The notes under the pieces: model-generated
Told to the model about the DNA's origin: nothing
What the model saw: the letters and a program-made list of their open reading frames with translations, nothing else
Databases searched by the model: none
Made by a program: the position numbers and the translations under genes
Assembly (NCBI GenBank): GCA_965215015.1
Contig: OZ244042.1
Location: 1,184,001-1,248,000, forward strand
Reading direction: 5' to 3'
Length of the DNA: 64,000 nt
Source: Candidatus Poribacteria bacterium
GTDB lineage: Bacteria; Poribacteria; WGA-4E; PCPOR2b
Shown: positions 9,744-19,877 of the stretch, in pieces
How positions within the stretch are numbered: position 1 is the first letter of the stretch
Layout: every line of letters starts with the position of its first letter

Positions 9744-10006
9744 ATGAGCAAAACGTTCTTTGAGAAAATTGACGTATTTCTGCCCGGGCAGGGCGAAGAG
9801 CTAACACAAGCCCCGGGCTACCATTGGGAGCACAAGCGGAGCGTGCCAACCCCCAAATCTACTACTGGGGCATCTCGCGGCAGCTTGAGCGAGGATTGTC
9901 ACGATATTCAAATCCCGCAGTGACAGTCGATGGGACAATCCCCTGTCTGTATACCAATGGAGTCATTCGGGATAGAAAAAAATCGGTGTGGTCCGATTTA
10001 ACTTGA
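9744..10006 (+). pseudogene. Internally deleted sialidase/BNR-type glycosidase remnant
   Basis: Starts MSKTFFEKIDVFLPG; in another frame WGISRQLERGLSRYSNPAVTVDGTIPCLYTNG resembles the last sialidase blade (G.S.YS.....DGTI..LY). Confidence 0.5.
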
Positions 10007-10048
10007 GGTGGTTGATGGGTGCCGGCGATTAGATGGCTGAGTCGTGGT

Positions 10049-10804
10049 CTATAGAACCTCGTACCTGTCCGCACGGTTGTGCCCCAAAAGGCCGGGGCAC
10101 AGTTGCTTCATTTCTGGGGGCATCCGCTTGTACGTCTCGGGCCACACCGGTTGGTGCCCGCCTTCAATCCAGTTGTTGAACCACGGTGGGTAGTAAGCGA
10201 TATTCAATCCGACACGGACCTGATCGCTCGTATTTGCACGGGCTTGGTGAAAGGTGCCGCCATGCCACATAAGTACTGAGCCTGCTCTGCCAGTGATTGG
10301 CTTGATCAGCGGGCTGTCTGGAGTGATGTCTGGCGGCGGAGCCTTCCGGCGTGAGCGGTGGCTCATGGGGACCACACCCGTTGCCCCGTTATCTTCCGTG
10401 AAATCCGTCAGCATCCAGATGGTGTTAATGATCCACGGCACATCCGGCACTTCATGGAATTCACGGGCGGAATCAACATGCAGATGCTGCCCCGGCGCAC
10501 CGGGCCATGTCGGCTTGGAACAGGCTTCAACCACCCGACAGTTTTGCCCCAAAAAATGCCGTGCAATTGCCACCGTGTCCGGATGACTGGCGCACATCCA
10601 GACGCGGTCATCCAGATTCATCATGCCAAACAACGTCTGATAGTACCGATCACCCGTGTTGTAAATTTGGCACTTCGGGTCGGCGTGCAATTCAAGGAAC
10701 TGTTTCGCCATGCTATGTGCCGTGTCTTCGGAGATGCGATTCTCCAGCAGGCAGTAGCCGTAGGTTGCCAAGCAATCAATTGCGGCCTTGAGGTCACTGT
10801 TCAT
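10049..10804 (-). CDS. Phytanoyl-CoA dioxygenase (PhyH) family protein
   Basis: LHVD, WMLTDFTEDNGAT..VPMSH, FHQARAN.S...R motifs. Confidence 0.9.
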   Translation of the reverse strand: MNSDLKAAIDCLATYGYCLLENRISEDTAHSMAKQFLELHADPKCQIYNTGDRYYQTLFGMMNLDDRVWMCASHPDTVAIARHFLGQNCRVVEACSKPTWPGAPGQHLHVDSAREFHEVPDVPWIINTIWMLTDFTEDNGATGVVPMSHRSRRKAPPPDITPDSPLIKPITGRAGSVLMWHGGTFHQARANTSDQVRVGLNIAYYPPWFNNWIEGGHQPVWPETYKRMPPEMKQLCPGLLGHNRADRYEVL

Positions 10805-10911
10805 CTGTTCCTCCTCTGCAGATTATCGCTAAGCAATAATTATCATATCACGCACATAAGAACTAGGCGCGGTATACTCACGCGCCCTGTTCGGCAATCC
10901 GTATTTTTGAT

Positions 10912-11790
10912 TTATACAGGCATGGTCCTACCGCTATGAGCCCTGCCAGCAGCCGCTATCTCAGGACTTCCGCCCATAATCCTCACCCCCTCATCAATCC
11001 GCTCGCCGATTGTCTCCGCGGGACCACCTTCCAAGAATGCAACACCCGCCTCCTTACAAGCGGTATATACCCGGCCTCTTGCCTCAAGCATTTCAGACGG
11101 GAACGGGTGCGGGGCACTCTTGTAACCAAACGACATACTGAGATCCCCAGGTCCCCATTCGGCAAACGCAATACCGGGCACCCGAAGTGTCATTTCAGCG
11201 TTAGCGATTGCCCGCACGTTCTCAATCTTCAGTCCAAGCATTAGCTCGCCATTGGGATTAAGGGGCCAAGGGTCAGCTGTATCCAAGTATTCATCCACAG
11301 AAATACCCCAAACAGGTGCCGCAGACCCCTGTCCCGCTGAACCCCTGCGCCCGACGTTTAGTTGTGTGCCAACGCCAATCGTCTGGAATGGATACCGGCA
11401 ACATTCAACAAATGTCTTCACCGCCTCCGGCGACTCCGCATGGCATAGGAGCAAGCCGTGTACACCTATCGCCAATAGCTGCCGGAGCTGCCACGCATTC
11501 GCTCGGATGACATCAGGACTGGAGCCATCCACCGGCAATTCTATGACGACCGCTGGTGTCCGATGACCGCTGTTGGTTGGTCCACCGTCCACAAGGCCTC
11601 GCATAAAATTCTCTAGGCCTACCAGATCGAAGGGGCCATGCTCCATACCGATGTTGATGTAGTCTGCCCATGTTTTTGCCATCTCCTTACCAGCCTCATA
11701 GGTGAGGTTGGCACCTGTGTGGCTGCCTGTGTAGTAGACAGGTTGATCTTGCTCAAGTAATTCAATTGCTTTGTTGACTCGCTTCGGCAT
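10912..11790 (-). CDS. HpcH/HpaI aldolase/citrate lyase family protein
   Basis: MEHG, LKIEN and GPGDLSMS motifs. Confidence 0.85.
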   Translation of the reverse strand: MPKRVNKAIELLEQDQPVYYTGSHTGANLTYEAGKEMAKTWADYINIGMEHGPFDLVGLENFMRGLVDGGPTNSGHRTPAVVIELPVDGSSPDVIRANAWQLRQLLAIGVHGLLLCHAESPEAVKTFVECCRYPFQTIGVGTQLNVGRRGSAGQGSAAPVWGISVDEYLDTADPWPLNPNGELMLGLKIENVRAIANAEMTLRVPGIAFAEWGPGDLSMSFGYKSAPHPFPSEMLEARGRVYTACKEAGVAFLEGGPAETIGERIDEGVRIMGGSPEIAAAGRAHSGRTMPV

Positions 11791-12017
11791 AATTAACCTC
11801 TCTTAAAAAAAGTAATTGGTTTGTTGGGACGTTTCAATCGCTCAAAAGATTCATAAATGCAAATACAACAGCGCACCGATTGAACGCTTTTCGACACCTC
11901 TAGGCGAAATGTAAACGAAGGTAAAAACTTAATGAAAGATTATAGCATAGTTGCGAATTTGAGTCAAATAGTGAATCCGATGTGCATCTGCATATTTCTA
12001 TATTCGTCGCTCCCTTC

Positions 12018-12046
12018 TTGACATTCCCGCGAACCAAAAGTATAAT
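12018..12046 (+). promoter_or_regulatory. Consensus sigma70 promoter for the TPR-cimA unit
   Basis: TTGACA-17 bp-TATAAT, 90 bp upstream of the ATG at 12137. Confidence 0.8.
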
Positions 12047-12136
12047 GAATAAGTTTCCTATCAATAAGATAGCTTCTTCACCCGAATTGCACAGGAGCGG
12101 AAAACTGGTATCAGTCAAGCGAAAGCGAGAAAAAAC

Positions 12137-12454
12137 ATGCTAACAAAAGAGGAACTTTACGATCAGGCTTTAACACATTTCGGAAACAACGAACTTGACG
12201 AGGCGGTTGCTGCGTTCAATACTCTCCTCGAGCAATACCCTGATTATGTGGACGGACATATTGGGCTTGGACACGCGTACGAACGGCTGAGCAGATATGA
12301 TGAGGCGATTGAGGCAATCAAAAAAGCAATCGAAGTTGACCCGACCGATCCGCTTAACTACACCAGTTTGTCGATCTGTTACCAGCGCAAAGGGATGATT
12401 CAGGAAGCGGAAGACGCAATGGCAAAATCGCAGCAGCTACAGATGGGAACATAA
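12137..12454 (+). CDS. Small TPR protein
   Basis: Tandem TPR helices (LGHAYERLSRYDEAIEAIKKAIEVDP). Confidence 0.9.
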   Translation: MLTKEELYDQALTHFGNNELDEAVAAFNTLLEQYPDYVDGHIGLGHAYERLSRYDEAIEAIKKAIEVDPTDPLNYTSLSICYQRKGMIQEAEDAMAKSQQLQMGT

Positions 12455-12504
12455 TGTACCGCACATTCTGCAAATGAGCAAACGAGGAAGGAAACACAAG
12501 CAAT

Positions 12505-14073
12505 ATGCTTGAACTTTACGATACAACACTCAGAGACGGAAGTCAGGGGGAGGGGGTCGCTTTCTCAGTTGAGGACAAGCTGCTCATCATTAAAGCCCTT
12601 GACCGCCTAGGTATCCATTACATCGAGGGCGGATACCCCGGCTCAAATCCAAAAGATATGGAATTCTTCAAAGGTGCGAAAGCACTTGAACTCCAGCAGG
12701 CGGTGGTCGTGCCCTTTGGCAGTACGCGCCATCCACGCTATCAACCCAGCGAAGACCCCAATCTGTTAGCCTTACTAGATACAGGTGCCCGCACTGTCAC
12801 GATTTTCGGAAAAAGCTGGGAGCTCCACGCCACAGACGTACTTCGTGTCACAGCGCAGGAGAACATCGAACTCATCGAAAGTTCAGTCCGTTTTCTGGTC
12901 GAGAATGGATGTGAGGTCATCTACGACGCAGAACACTTCTTTGATGGCTACGACGACCAGCCGGATTATGCCCTTCAGACACTCAGAGCCGCGGCGCGAG
13001 CCGGAGCCAGATGTGTCGTGTTATGCGACACGAACGGGGGGCGATTACCTCTGGAAATTCAGGAAGGGGTGCGAGCGGTCATGGCGGATATTAACCTGCC
13101 GGTTGGCATCCACACCCATAACGATGCTGGAATGGGGGTTGCAAACGCTGTGCTGGCCGTGCAAGCGGGGGCAGCGCATGTGCAGGGCACATTCAACGGT
13201 TACGGTGAACGCTGCGGCAACGCAAATCTCGCTTCTATCATCCCGACGCTCAAACTCAAGCTGGGGATTGACTGCATTAGCGAGGTGGGGCTCAGGCAAC
13301 TCACCGAAACATCGCGCCTCATCAGTGAATTGGCGAACCTGCCGCACGACGAACGTCAGGCGTACGTCGGGAGCTCTGCTTTCGCCCACAAAGGCGGCAT
13401 GCACATTGACGCTGTACACAAGAATCCGCGCACCTTTGAACATATCGATCCGGAGTTGGTTGGCAATGAACAACGTATCCTGATTTCAGATCAGGCAGGT
13501 AAAAGTGCTATCCTGAAAAAGATTGAAAGACGCTATCCAAATTACGACAAAAATTCACCGGAGGTTATCGCCCTTTTTGATCAGTTAAAGGCAGCGGAAA
13601 ATGAAGGCTATCAATATGAGGCCGCTGATGCGTCGTTTGAACTGCTAACCCGTACACTCTTGGATGGCTATCAATCATTTTTCGATCTGCTCGGATTTCG
13701 TGTCATTATCGAGAAATTCAAAGACCATGGCATACGGTCTGAAGCGACGATAAAAGTGATGGCACCCGATGGTGAGGTGGAACACACCGCCGCTGATGGA
13801 GATGGTCCCGTCAATGCCCTTGACGGTGCCCTACGCAAGGCCCTTGAGCATTTTTATCCTTCGTTACAGGAGGTTCATCTGACCGACTATAAGGTGCGCG
13901 TTTTGGACACCCAAGCCGGCACCGGCGCAAAAGTTCGCGTGCTAATCGAAGCAAGTGATGGACGCGAGCATTGGGGTACGGTTGGCGTATCGGAAAACAT
14001 CATACAGGCAAGCTGGGAGGCTCTTACAGATAGCTTGGAATATAAGCTCTACAAAGACAGCCGTGAGACGTAA
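12505..14073 (+). CDS. cimA: Citramalate synthase (LeuA/CimA family)
   Basis: DTTLRDGSQGEG, YDAEHFFDG, HTHND, GERCGNA and AFAHKGGMH motifs; C-terminal regulatory domain. Confidence 0.93.
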   Translation: MLELYDTTLRDGSQGEGVAFSVEDKLLIIKALDRLGIHYIEGGYPGSNPKDMEFFKGAKALELQQAVVVPFGSTRHPRYQPSEDPNLLALLDTGARTVTIFGKSWELHATDVLRVTAQENIELIESSVRFLVENGCEVIYDAEHFFDGYDDQPDYALQTLRAAARAGARCVVLCDTNGGRLPLEIQEGVRAVMADINLPVGIHTHNDAGMGVANAVLAVQAGAAHVQGTFNGYGERCGNANLASIIPTLKLKLGIDCISEVGLRQLTETSRLISELANLPHDERQAYVGSSAFAHKGGMHIDAVHKNPRTFEHIDPELVGNEQRILISDQAGKSAILKKIERRYPNYDKNSPEVIALFDQLKAAENEGYQYEAADASFELLTRTLLDGYQSFFDLLGFRVIIEKFKDHGIRSEATIKVMAPDGEVEHTAADGDGPVNALDGALRKALEHFYPSLQEVHLTDYKVRVLDTQAGTGAKVRVLIEASDGREHWGTVGVSENIIQASWEALTDSLEYKLYKDSRET

Positions 14074-14136
14074 AACGTAGGACGTGAATATTCGCAACCG
14101 AAATAAGAAAAACCAACCCTAAATCAATCTTAATTC

Positions 14137-14166
14137 TTGACGAGGGATGCTTCTATGTGTTATAAT
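14137..14166 (+). promoter_or_regulatory. Sigma70 promoter with extended -10
   Basis: TTGACG-18 bp-TATAAT preceded by TGn. Confidence 0.65.
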
Positions 14167-14207
14167 ATGTATAACAATTCGATAGTTAAATCGACAGGAG
14201 ATTCCAC

Positions 14208-14765
14208 ATGAATGGCTTACAACAGATTGCAAGGGCAGCGCAGGAGATTATCCAGATCTGCGAGCAAGAACGAACTAACAAAGCGGACAAAGAGAAGCTG
14301 CTGAAGCTACAAGCGGCAATCTTCACGCATATTGAAGACCTTACCGAATGCGAAGCTTGCGGGGCAATTACCGACCTCATTGTGACGATGACGATTGAGC
14401 CGGTGACCGCAAAGTTATGCAAAGATTGTGGGATAAACGCAATCAAAGCCGGAAAGATTAAAAAAACGACGACGCGGAAACGATCTCCCCGAACCACACG
14501 GAAAAAGGTGCCCGCGGCAAAGAAAAAATCACCGCCACAACAGGCATCACCCAAGAACACTGACGAGCTATATGCTGAGGTGGAAAAGCAGACAAGCCTG
14601 AAAAAAACCGATATCAAACGCTTGCATAAAATCATCCAAGAAATCTCAAGTCCGATGAACCTTGAGAATACGGTCTTATATGTGAAGCATGAGGTTGAAC
14701 TTGCGAAACTAAAGATGGAACAAGATGCTTTGAGGACAGCAGTTGGGTTGCTTATGGCGGCATGA
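14208..14765 (+). CDS. Hypothetical protein with a CxxC...CxxC Zn site and Lys/Arg-rich linker
   Basis: CEAC...CKDC; KKTTTRKRSPRTTRKK; AGGAG RBS. Confidence 0.8.
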   Translation: MNGLQQIARAAQEIIQICEQERTNKADKEKLLKLQAAIFTHIEDLTECEACGAITDLIVTMTIEPVTAKLCKDCGINAIKAGKIKKTTTRKRSPRTTRKKVPAAKKKSPPQQASPKNTDELYAEVEKQTSLKKTDIKRLHKIIQEISSPMNLENTVLYVKHEVELAKLKMEQDALRTAVGLLMAA

Positions 14766-14927
14766 AATTCTTCTTTCACTTCTCAGGTCGCGCCTAATCT
14801 AGCCCAACCAATCTTACGCAAATCTAGAAGCTTTGATCAAATTCAAGAATTTCTGAAACAGATTTTCGCCTGACAGCGTTTAGAATAATACGATCTTGGC
14901 AACGATAGGGACAAGGAGGCACTTATT

Positions 14928-15536
14928 GTGACAGATAAAATGATCGATGACCTATCGGATCAAGAAGATACAGAGCTAGCAATGTTGACAAAGGTAGGTA
15001 ACGAGGAAGCCTTTAGATCGTTGTTCGATAAACATTATAACTGGGTTTATAGTAAAACATATCGTATGCTATGCAATCATCAGGATACAGAGGAAGTATC
15101 CTTAGACATCTTTATGAAGGTGTGGCAAAAGATTGGGAAGTGGGATACTGTTCAAGGCAGTTTTCAAGCGTGGTTGAACGTTGTTGCAAAAAATACAATA
15201 ATCGATGCAATCCGCAAGAAAGAAAGGATTCGCGAGTCACTTTTAAGTATGGAGGATGAATCTGAATTGCCACTCGTTGAATACCAAGACGGGCGACCAA
15301 CGCCTGACAAGCAGGTCGAATCCCGAGAAGCCCAAGAGATTCTTGAATGGGCACTCCAAATGGTGAAAAAACCGAACCACCGAGTCGCTTGGATTTTACG
15401 CCATCTGGAAGGGTGTAGTATTGCCGAGATTTCGCAAACCCTCCAGCGCAAGGAAGGAACCGTGAAAATTTGGATCTTCCGTTGTACAGAGGAATTGCGT
15501 CAAATTCTTACCAGAAAGGGTCTGAAATGGGTTTAA
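14928..15536 (+). CDS. ECF sigma-70 factor
   Basis: Region 2 (AFRSLFDKHY..DTEEV..IFMKVW..FQAWL) and region 4 (EGCSIAEISQTL..EGTVK); AAGGAGG RBS. Confidence 0.93.
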   Translation: MTDKMIDDLSDQEDTELAMLTKVGNEEAFRSLFDKHYNWVYSKTYRMLCNHQDTEEVSLDIFMKVWQKIGKWDTVQGSFQAWLNVVAKNTIIDAIRKKERIRESLLSMEDESELPLVEYQDGRPTPDKQVESREAQEILEWALQMVKKPNHRVAWILRHLEGCSIAEISQTLQRKEGTVKIWIFRCTEELRQILTRKGLKWV

Positions 15537-15553
15537 TAATTTGGGAGGATAAA

Positions 15554-16663
15554 ATGAAATTTTGGAAAAAGTCAATGCAAAATTTCAGTAGAGATGAGGC
15601 CAGAAAAGCGGAGATGCTAGAGATTCATACGCGCAGAATCCGGGGAGAGCGGCTATCCCGCAAGCAGACACAGTTGTTAAAAGCGAGCGAACAATATCCG
15701 GAATTGGACCCTTTGAAGGAGCTCATCGATTTTGCACATCACCGTTTTGAAGAAAAAGAAAACGTCACCCCGCTTCCCGGAGTAAAGCGACGAGTCGCTA
15801 ACGATTTGATGCAGCTAATAGGGCGGGCGACCGCGCAAGATGATGTGCTATCAGGAGATGAATTCGGATTACAACCCGCTTACAGTCCTGATCTGGTCGG
15901 AAGTGATAGCGAACTTGCCATGCCACATACTTCCGATAATCCGCCACCACTCATTCCTGAGGAGGTGGATCCGCTTAATGAAACGGTTATCCTTGACGAT
16001 GGAAGCACCGAATCGGCAACGTTTCCATCAATAGAGAAAGCGTGTCACCTGAAATTGAAGGTTGTACAGGGCGACGAAGTTGGACGTGAGTATGACATCT
16101 CTTTCCAACCCATGGTGATTGGAAGTGGAGAGGAAGCAGCTATCAAGTTAGATACCAATACCGTTGTATCACAGCATCATGCGTTGCTCACTGTTGATAA
16201 CGATGAGGTATTGATTACAAACCTTGACAGTGGTAGCGGCACAGTCATTGATGGGACTCAGATTGCTGAACCAACACCACTTCATGTTGCCTCTCGGGTA
16301 CAAATTGGTGGACAGGTGCTCGAAGTCACTGCATTTCGACGAGACGCTAGCGCGCTTGGGGTCTCCTTTGAAATCGTAGAAGGACCAGATGTCGGCTTAG
16401 GGCACTGGATCTATTTCAAAGAAATGACAGTGGGACGCAGTGCAGCCGCACAAATTAAATTCACTGATTCAACCGGAACCCTCTCCCGTCTGCACGCCCG
16501 GTTCAATCTGAAAAGCGGCGAAGTGTACCTTACTGACCTAGGTAGCAAAAACGGGACTTACGTCGATGGCTTTCGTATAGAGGAGCCAACCGTCGTTGAG
16601 CAAGGCATGTGTATTGGGTTCAGTGGAATTGTTTGTGAAGTCATGAACATTGAACACATTTAG
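15554..16663 (+). CDS. Soluble protein with an N-terminal helical region and two C-terminal FHA domains
   Basis: FHA2 is canonical (VGR..SRLHA..GSKNGT); FHA1 is degenerate (IGS..SQHHA..SGSGT); GGAGG RBS. Confidence 0.85.
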   Translation: MKFWKKSMQNFSRDEARKAEMLEIHTRRIRGERLSRKQTQLLKASEQYPELDPLKELIDFAHHRFEEKENVTPLPGVKRRVANDLMQLIGRATAQDDVLSGDEFGLQPAYSPDLVGSDSELAMPHTSDNPPPLIPEEVDPLNETVILDDGSTESATFPSIEKACHLKLKVVQGDEVGREYDISFQPMVIGSGEEAAIKLDTNTVVSQHHALLTVDNDEVLITNLDSGSGTVIDGTQIAEPTPLHVASRVQIGGQVLEVTAFRRDASALGVSFEIVEGPDVGLGHWIYFKEMTVGRSAAAQIKFTDSTGTLSRLHARFNLKSGEVYLTDLGSKNGTYVDGFRIEEPTVVEQGMCIGFSGIVCEVMNIEHI

Positions 16664-16995
16664 CCGACGAGTCAGTCTGCAATTTGGTAGTGTAACATAA
16701 GAAAAATAAAGAGATAAGGGCGGGCAGATATAACACACTGCCCATTATAGACATACCGCATGTTTCTTTCCGCTGTTGAGCAGAGAGAGGGGTGCGGTAT
16801 TTTTTTCTCTTTGAATTTTTAGCCATCTCAGGTATAATATTTTAACCCAAGTTGCTAAGGCGTGTTAACATTCTGCTGGCGTCAATTAGAAATCTGTTAA
16901 ACGTTAACAATTCGTAAGTTGAGCTTGCTAGCCCAACCGATGTGCAGGCACAAAGTCGGACAAGACGCCCGACTTACCGGTGTCTGCCTCAACCT

Positions 16996-17020
16996 GTAGG
17001 TCGAGATTCACATCTCGACA
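16996..17020 (+). repeat. GTAG-type REP (identical copy at 48358-48382)
   Basis: GTAGGTCGAGATTCACATCTCGACA: GTAG followed by a hairpin, exact 25-bp duplicate. Confidence 0.8.
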
Positions 17021-17195
17021 ACCACTGCCCGCCCCCAACACTCACAACCAATGGATCCGCATAGCCCCAGCGGACCGGCACGGTGAGGTTTATTCGTAGG
17101 GAACGGTGATCTCCGTTCCGTTTATCCTTACCATTACGTATTATGCCTCATTAGTCCCAACGGGGCGACAGGTGTATAGAGTTCGTCATCTACCC

Positions 17196-18329
17196 ATGAA
17201 TCAAACACAAGCTGCATTTGCCTATTTTAAGCGCGCTGCGAATTTTTATCGGCAAGTCTGTTACGCCCAAGCCATTCGGTGCTATTTGGCGGGGTTAAAG
17301 ATCGATCCAATGTGCGTGGAGGCACATGCAGACTTAGCAAAGGCGTATGAAAAGCTGGGGTACTGGAATCAAGCGGTTGAATCGCTTGAAGTCGCGCTAC
17401 AGCTGCGTCCCGGTTACCCAACTGCTCTTCGTCGTAAACAACGCATTCTCGAAGAGAAAAATGTTTATGATAGCTTAACTGATGAACTGAATCTAGCCCT
17501 TGATGCTACCGATCAACATCAGCCGACCAATCCTGTTCAGGTGGAACACTCTCGGAACGGAGGTGGCCTCCCCAAAATCAAACACGAATTTTTCACGCTC
17601 ACCGGTGGGCACACAATCCCGCACAACTTATTATGGGTCGTATCCCAAATCGTCGAACATACCTATCACAAGGTTGGCAAAGTTTTCCAATGCTACCCGC
17701 AACACAAAGTACCAATTTTTATTGAAGCTGTCAATCAAGCAAGAGCGTCACAAACCGTGAATTCGGCTTACAACGCAAAATCTCCGATTGGAGTTGGGGC
17801 TCACACATCATCTTTAGATTCTTCTCTCTCACAATGGGCTGTAGCCTGCTATGACAATGGGAGCATTCGGCTGACTTACCGGCCTTATAGCGATTCCAGC
17901 ATCGGTGTTTTGTACGCAGTCATCCGCCACGAATGGACGCATCTCCTCGTTGACCTGCTCACGGGGGGACGCTGTCCCAAATGGCTTGACGAGGGGCTCG
18001 CTCAATTTATGGCACGTCCGTTGATACGCTCGGAGAAGACACGCTTACAGCAGGCGAGCCGAGATCGACAGCTCTTACCTCTCCACAGACTACAAAAACC
18101 GTTTCAGCACCTTCCGAGCCAACAACGTCGTTTAGCCTATCTCCAGTCCTACGCAATCACCAAATACCTAATACAACAGTTCAGTTTTTCTGCGATTCGT
18201 GATGTTCTCAAACACCTCGACGACGAAAAATTGACCGATACTGCATTTCAAGAAATTTTCGGGAAAACAGAGGAAGAAATTGTCATCGCTTCAAGTACGG
18301 AGAATTGTATGGCCATTTGGGAGGATTAG
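17196..18329 (+). CDS. TPR + peptidase MA-like (gluzincin) protein
   Basis: N-terminal TPRs; HEWTH..WLDEGLA..AYLQS motifs. Confidence 0.85.
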   Translation: MNQTQAAFAYFKRAANFYRQVCYAQAIRCYLAGLKIDPMCVEAHADLAKAYEKLGYWNQAVESLEVALQLRPGYPTALRRKQRILEEKNVYDSLTDELNLALDATDQHQPTNPVQVEHSRNGGGLPKIKHEFFTLTGGHTIPHNLLWVVSQIVEHTYHKVGKVFQCYPQHKVPIFIEAVNQARASQTVNSAYNAKSPIGVGAHTSSLDSSLSQWAVACYDNGSIRLTYRPYSDSSIGVLYAVIRHEWTHLLVDLLTGGRCPKWLDEGLAQFMARPLIRSEKTRLQQASRDRQLLPLHRLQKPFQHLPSQQRRLAYLQSYAITKYLIQQFSFSAIRDVLKHLDDEKLTDTAFQEIFGKTEEEIVIASSTENCMAIWED

Positions 18330-18331
18330 CC

Positions 18332-18826
18332 ATGGAAAAACTTGATATTGCCATCATAATCATCACTGGCGTAGGGGGGCTGAGCTGTCTATGGGCGGGC
18401 TTTACACGTAGCGTCTGGGGAATTGCTGCACTATCTGCTGGCGCATTCATCGCCAGTCAAGTATGGCAAGATGTGATGCCCTTCCTCCTCCGCTTCATAA
18501 AGCAAGAACCGCTCGCCAAATGGATTAGCATTATTGCTATCGTCGCCGCTGTCAGCATCGTGATTGATATGATATTTAGTCACATTCAGAAGGTCGTAGA
18601 GCGGGGCGTCTTAGGGTGGATCAATCACATCATCGGGGGAGCTTTTGGAATCGTGTCTAGTGCCATTTTGATTGGAGGTTTCCTCTTGTTGTTGGATCGC
18701 TTCGGCGGAGAGGAAGCCAAACAAGCCGTTGCCAATTCTCGTTTCGCGCCCAATCTCTTAGAGATTGTCAAGCAAGTTTTCGACTTTGGGGAGGAGGCAA
18801 TTAAAGAGCATTTTGGACCAATGTAA
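18332..18826 (+). CDS. cvpA: CvpA family membrane protein
   Basis: Four TM segments, LGWINHIIGGAFG, SRFAP; GGAGG RBS. Confidence 0.8.
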   Translation: MEKLDIAIIIITGVGGLSCLWAGFTRSVWGIAALSAGAFIASQVWQDVMPFLLRFIKQEPLAKWISIIAIVAAVSIVIDMIFSHIQKVVERGVLGWINHIIGGAFGIVSSAILIGGFLLLLDRFGGEEAKQAVANSRFAPNLLEIVKQVFDFGEEAIKEHFGPM

Positions 18827-18871
18827 AAGGCTGATTTGTCAAGGTATCCCAATCCCCGGTAGAACCGACCC

Positions 18872-19594
18872 ATGTACAGTTGCTATGTTCCACCCGCGCA
18901 AATATCCAAAGACACCATCCGTATCGGCGAATCCGAGCGACATCACCTGCTCAATGTGCTGCGCCTGAAAGTTGAGGACCGAGTTGAGGTTTTTGACGGA
19001 GCGGGTAATCGTTATGTTGCCTCGCTCTGCGATACCCGCATCTCTCCACTACAGGCAAAAATCCGCCAACATCAGTTCCACCCACATACCCCACCATATA
19101 TTACCCTGTTTCAAGCCTTACCTAAATTTGATAAAATGGATCTAATCGTGCAGAAGACGACCGAGATTGGTGTGAATGAAATCGCGCCGATGATCTGTCA
19201 ACGTTCAATACCGAAATCGATCATTCAGCAGAAGCGGATGACACGCTGGCAACGAATCGCAAACGAAGCCGCCAGACAGTGCAAACGTCCCCATTTGGGC
19301 CACGTGCTCGCGCCTCAGGGGCTGGAAGAGTGTCTTAGAGGGGTAAACCATTTCGATCTGCTAATTCTTTTGTGGGAAGGTGAAAAACGGCGAGGGCTCA
19401 AGGAAATATTACGAAATCATGGAGAGGCAAAGTCCGTTGGACTTTTTGTTGGACCCGAAGGGGGATTTACAGATGAAGAGGTGGAGTTGGCACTTCAAAA
19501 CGGCTGTCTGCCTGCAACGCTCGGCGACAATATCTTGCGCACAGAGACCGCTGCAATCGTTGCTGTGGCATCGGTGATGTATGAACTCAGATGA
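18872..19594 (+). CDS. rsmE: 16S rRNA m3U1498 methyltransferase
   Basis: HHLLNVLR, QKTTEIGV, EAARQCKR, VGPEGGF and ILRTETA motifs. Confidence 0.96.
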   Translation: MYSCYVPPAQISKDTIRIGESERHHLLNVLRLKVEDRVEVFDGAGNRYVASLCDTRISPLQAKIRQHQFHPHTPPYITLFQALPKFDKMDLIVQKTTEIGVNEIAPMICQRSIPKSIIQQKRMTRWQRIANEAARQCKRPHLGHVLAPQGLEECLRGVNHFDLLILLWEGEKRRGLKEILRNHGEAKSVGLFVGPEGGFTDEEVELALQNGCLPATLGDNILRTETAAIVAVASVMYELR

Positions 19595-19877
19595 ATCCCC
19601 CTCCATTGCCCATCTAAATGTGCAATGAATTGCTACTAAAAACTAAGAAGCGTTACATAATTAGGAGTTGTGCACTTGAGTGTGTCGTAACGCCATTCAA
19701 CTCGCGTCACCATAGACATAAATCGCTAACTGTCGCCGCCCGATGAATCGAGCGTTGTGAGGCATGTTCACCGACGACAAGGCTTCGAGGGGTCAACTGC
19801 GTAGGTCCTAGTTATATTACCACGAAAAAAATAAAAAACTCTGCGTCTCTCCGGTCAATTTAAGCCAATATCAACTC

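Noticed and set aside
14186-14779. 197-aa minus-strand ORF
   Set aside because: Antisense shadow of 14208-14765, which has the promoter and RBS
16641-16826. 61-aa basic/hydrophobic ORF (possible small toxin)
   Set aside because: No clear RBS, overlaps the FHA gene end, no recognisable family
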